From contig NC_068995.1 of NCBI RefSeq assembly GCF_001194135.2, forward strand, positions 43,128,571 through 43,192,570: 64,000 nucleotides of DNA, read 5' to 3'. The DNA is from Octopus bimaculoides (lineage: Eukaryota). The notes beneath the pieces were generated by a model, which ran no database searches, was not told the DNA's origin, and saw only the letters and a program-made list of their open reading frames with translations. Within the stretch, counting starts at the first letter, position 1, and each line of letters begins with the position of its first letter. Positions 63,423 through 64,000 of the stretch are shown in pieces. The translations under genes and the position numbers were made by a program.

Positions 63423-64000
63423 TTTGGTAGTGAGAGCAGGAGTTGGAGCTCGGAACAAACCCAAATCAGAGAAGATGTAACTGAATATAATGTAATATAT
63501 CTTTGATGATAGCAGCATCTGTAAGAAGTAATTATTTTGCAAGAATAGGATTTATTTATGACAAATATTACAGAGGTAGATTGAATTTGTTTAGTTCCAA
63601 TGATTTTTACTTATTTTAGAATCAAGCGTTTTTCGTTTATGTTTAATTGGGCGGCAGTAGATACAGGAGTTTCTTTAAATTACAAATCATATACCGTGAA
63701 ACTGCGAAAAAAGATGCCTTATGTTCTTTAGGTATGTATCATTTCACGCCAAAATGATTCGAAAGAATAAATTGTTAGTCATGTACAGAATTCTATAAAA
63801 TCGGGTCACTCAGCCTACCCACATGTGATAACTTCTTCTGTTTTTAGGAATCGATATAATTTTAGGAGATAAGGTGGATGTGGCGTAAGAAAATTTGTCG
63901 AACGCTGTACACTGTTTCCTTAAGGCTGTTTATGATTTAAGTTTAATGTCATCGAAATCCGATTTGTTTTTTGAGATGAAGAAAAAATAATGTAACTGTG

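Overview
Eukaryotic, AT-rich, non-coding draft-assembly sequence with 12 N-gaps and very dense di-, tri- and tetranucleotide microsatellites. The tRNA-headed SINE families and the microsatellite density resemble octopus (coleoid cephalopod) DNA; this is an inference from recalled repeat sequences, not a database result. I could not identify any host protein-coding exon, rRNA, true tRNA or CRISPR array. Most ORFs in the supplied track are microsatellite or N-gap artefacts. The supportable content is a decayed transposon landscape: three SINE families (labelled A, B and C here), two internally deleted mariner elements, a Tc1 DDE fragment, a Tc1/mariner MITE, an RTE-type LINE RT fragment, a Helitron Rep fragment, a DINE-1/HINE-like non-autonomous Helentron, and probable Penelope and CR1 fragments. 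The best second-look items are (i) minimal type-I hammerhead ribozyme motifs in three different short repeat contexts, one with an intact core at 14612-14646, and (ii) several strong inverted repeats: a 97-bp near-perfect hairpin within a palindrome cluster beside a mariner end, a nested palindrome-in-palindrome built from a SINE tail, a ~80-nt pre-miRNA-sized hairpin and a ~380-bp-arm inverted duplication. All alignments were done by eye.
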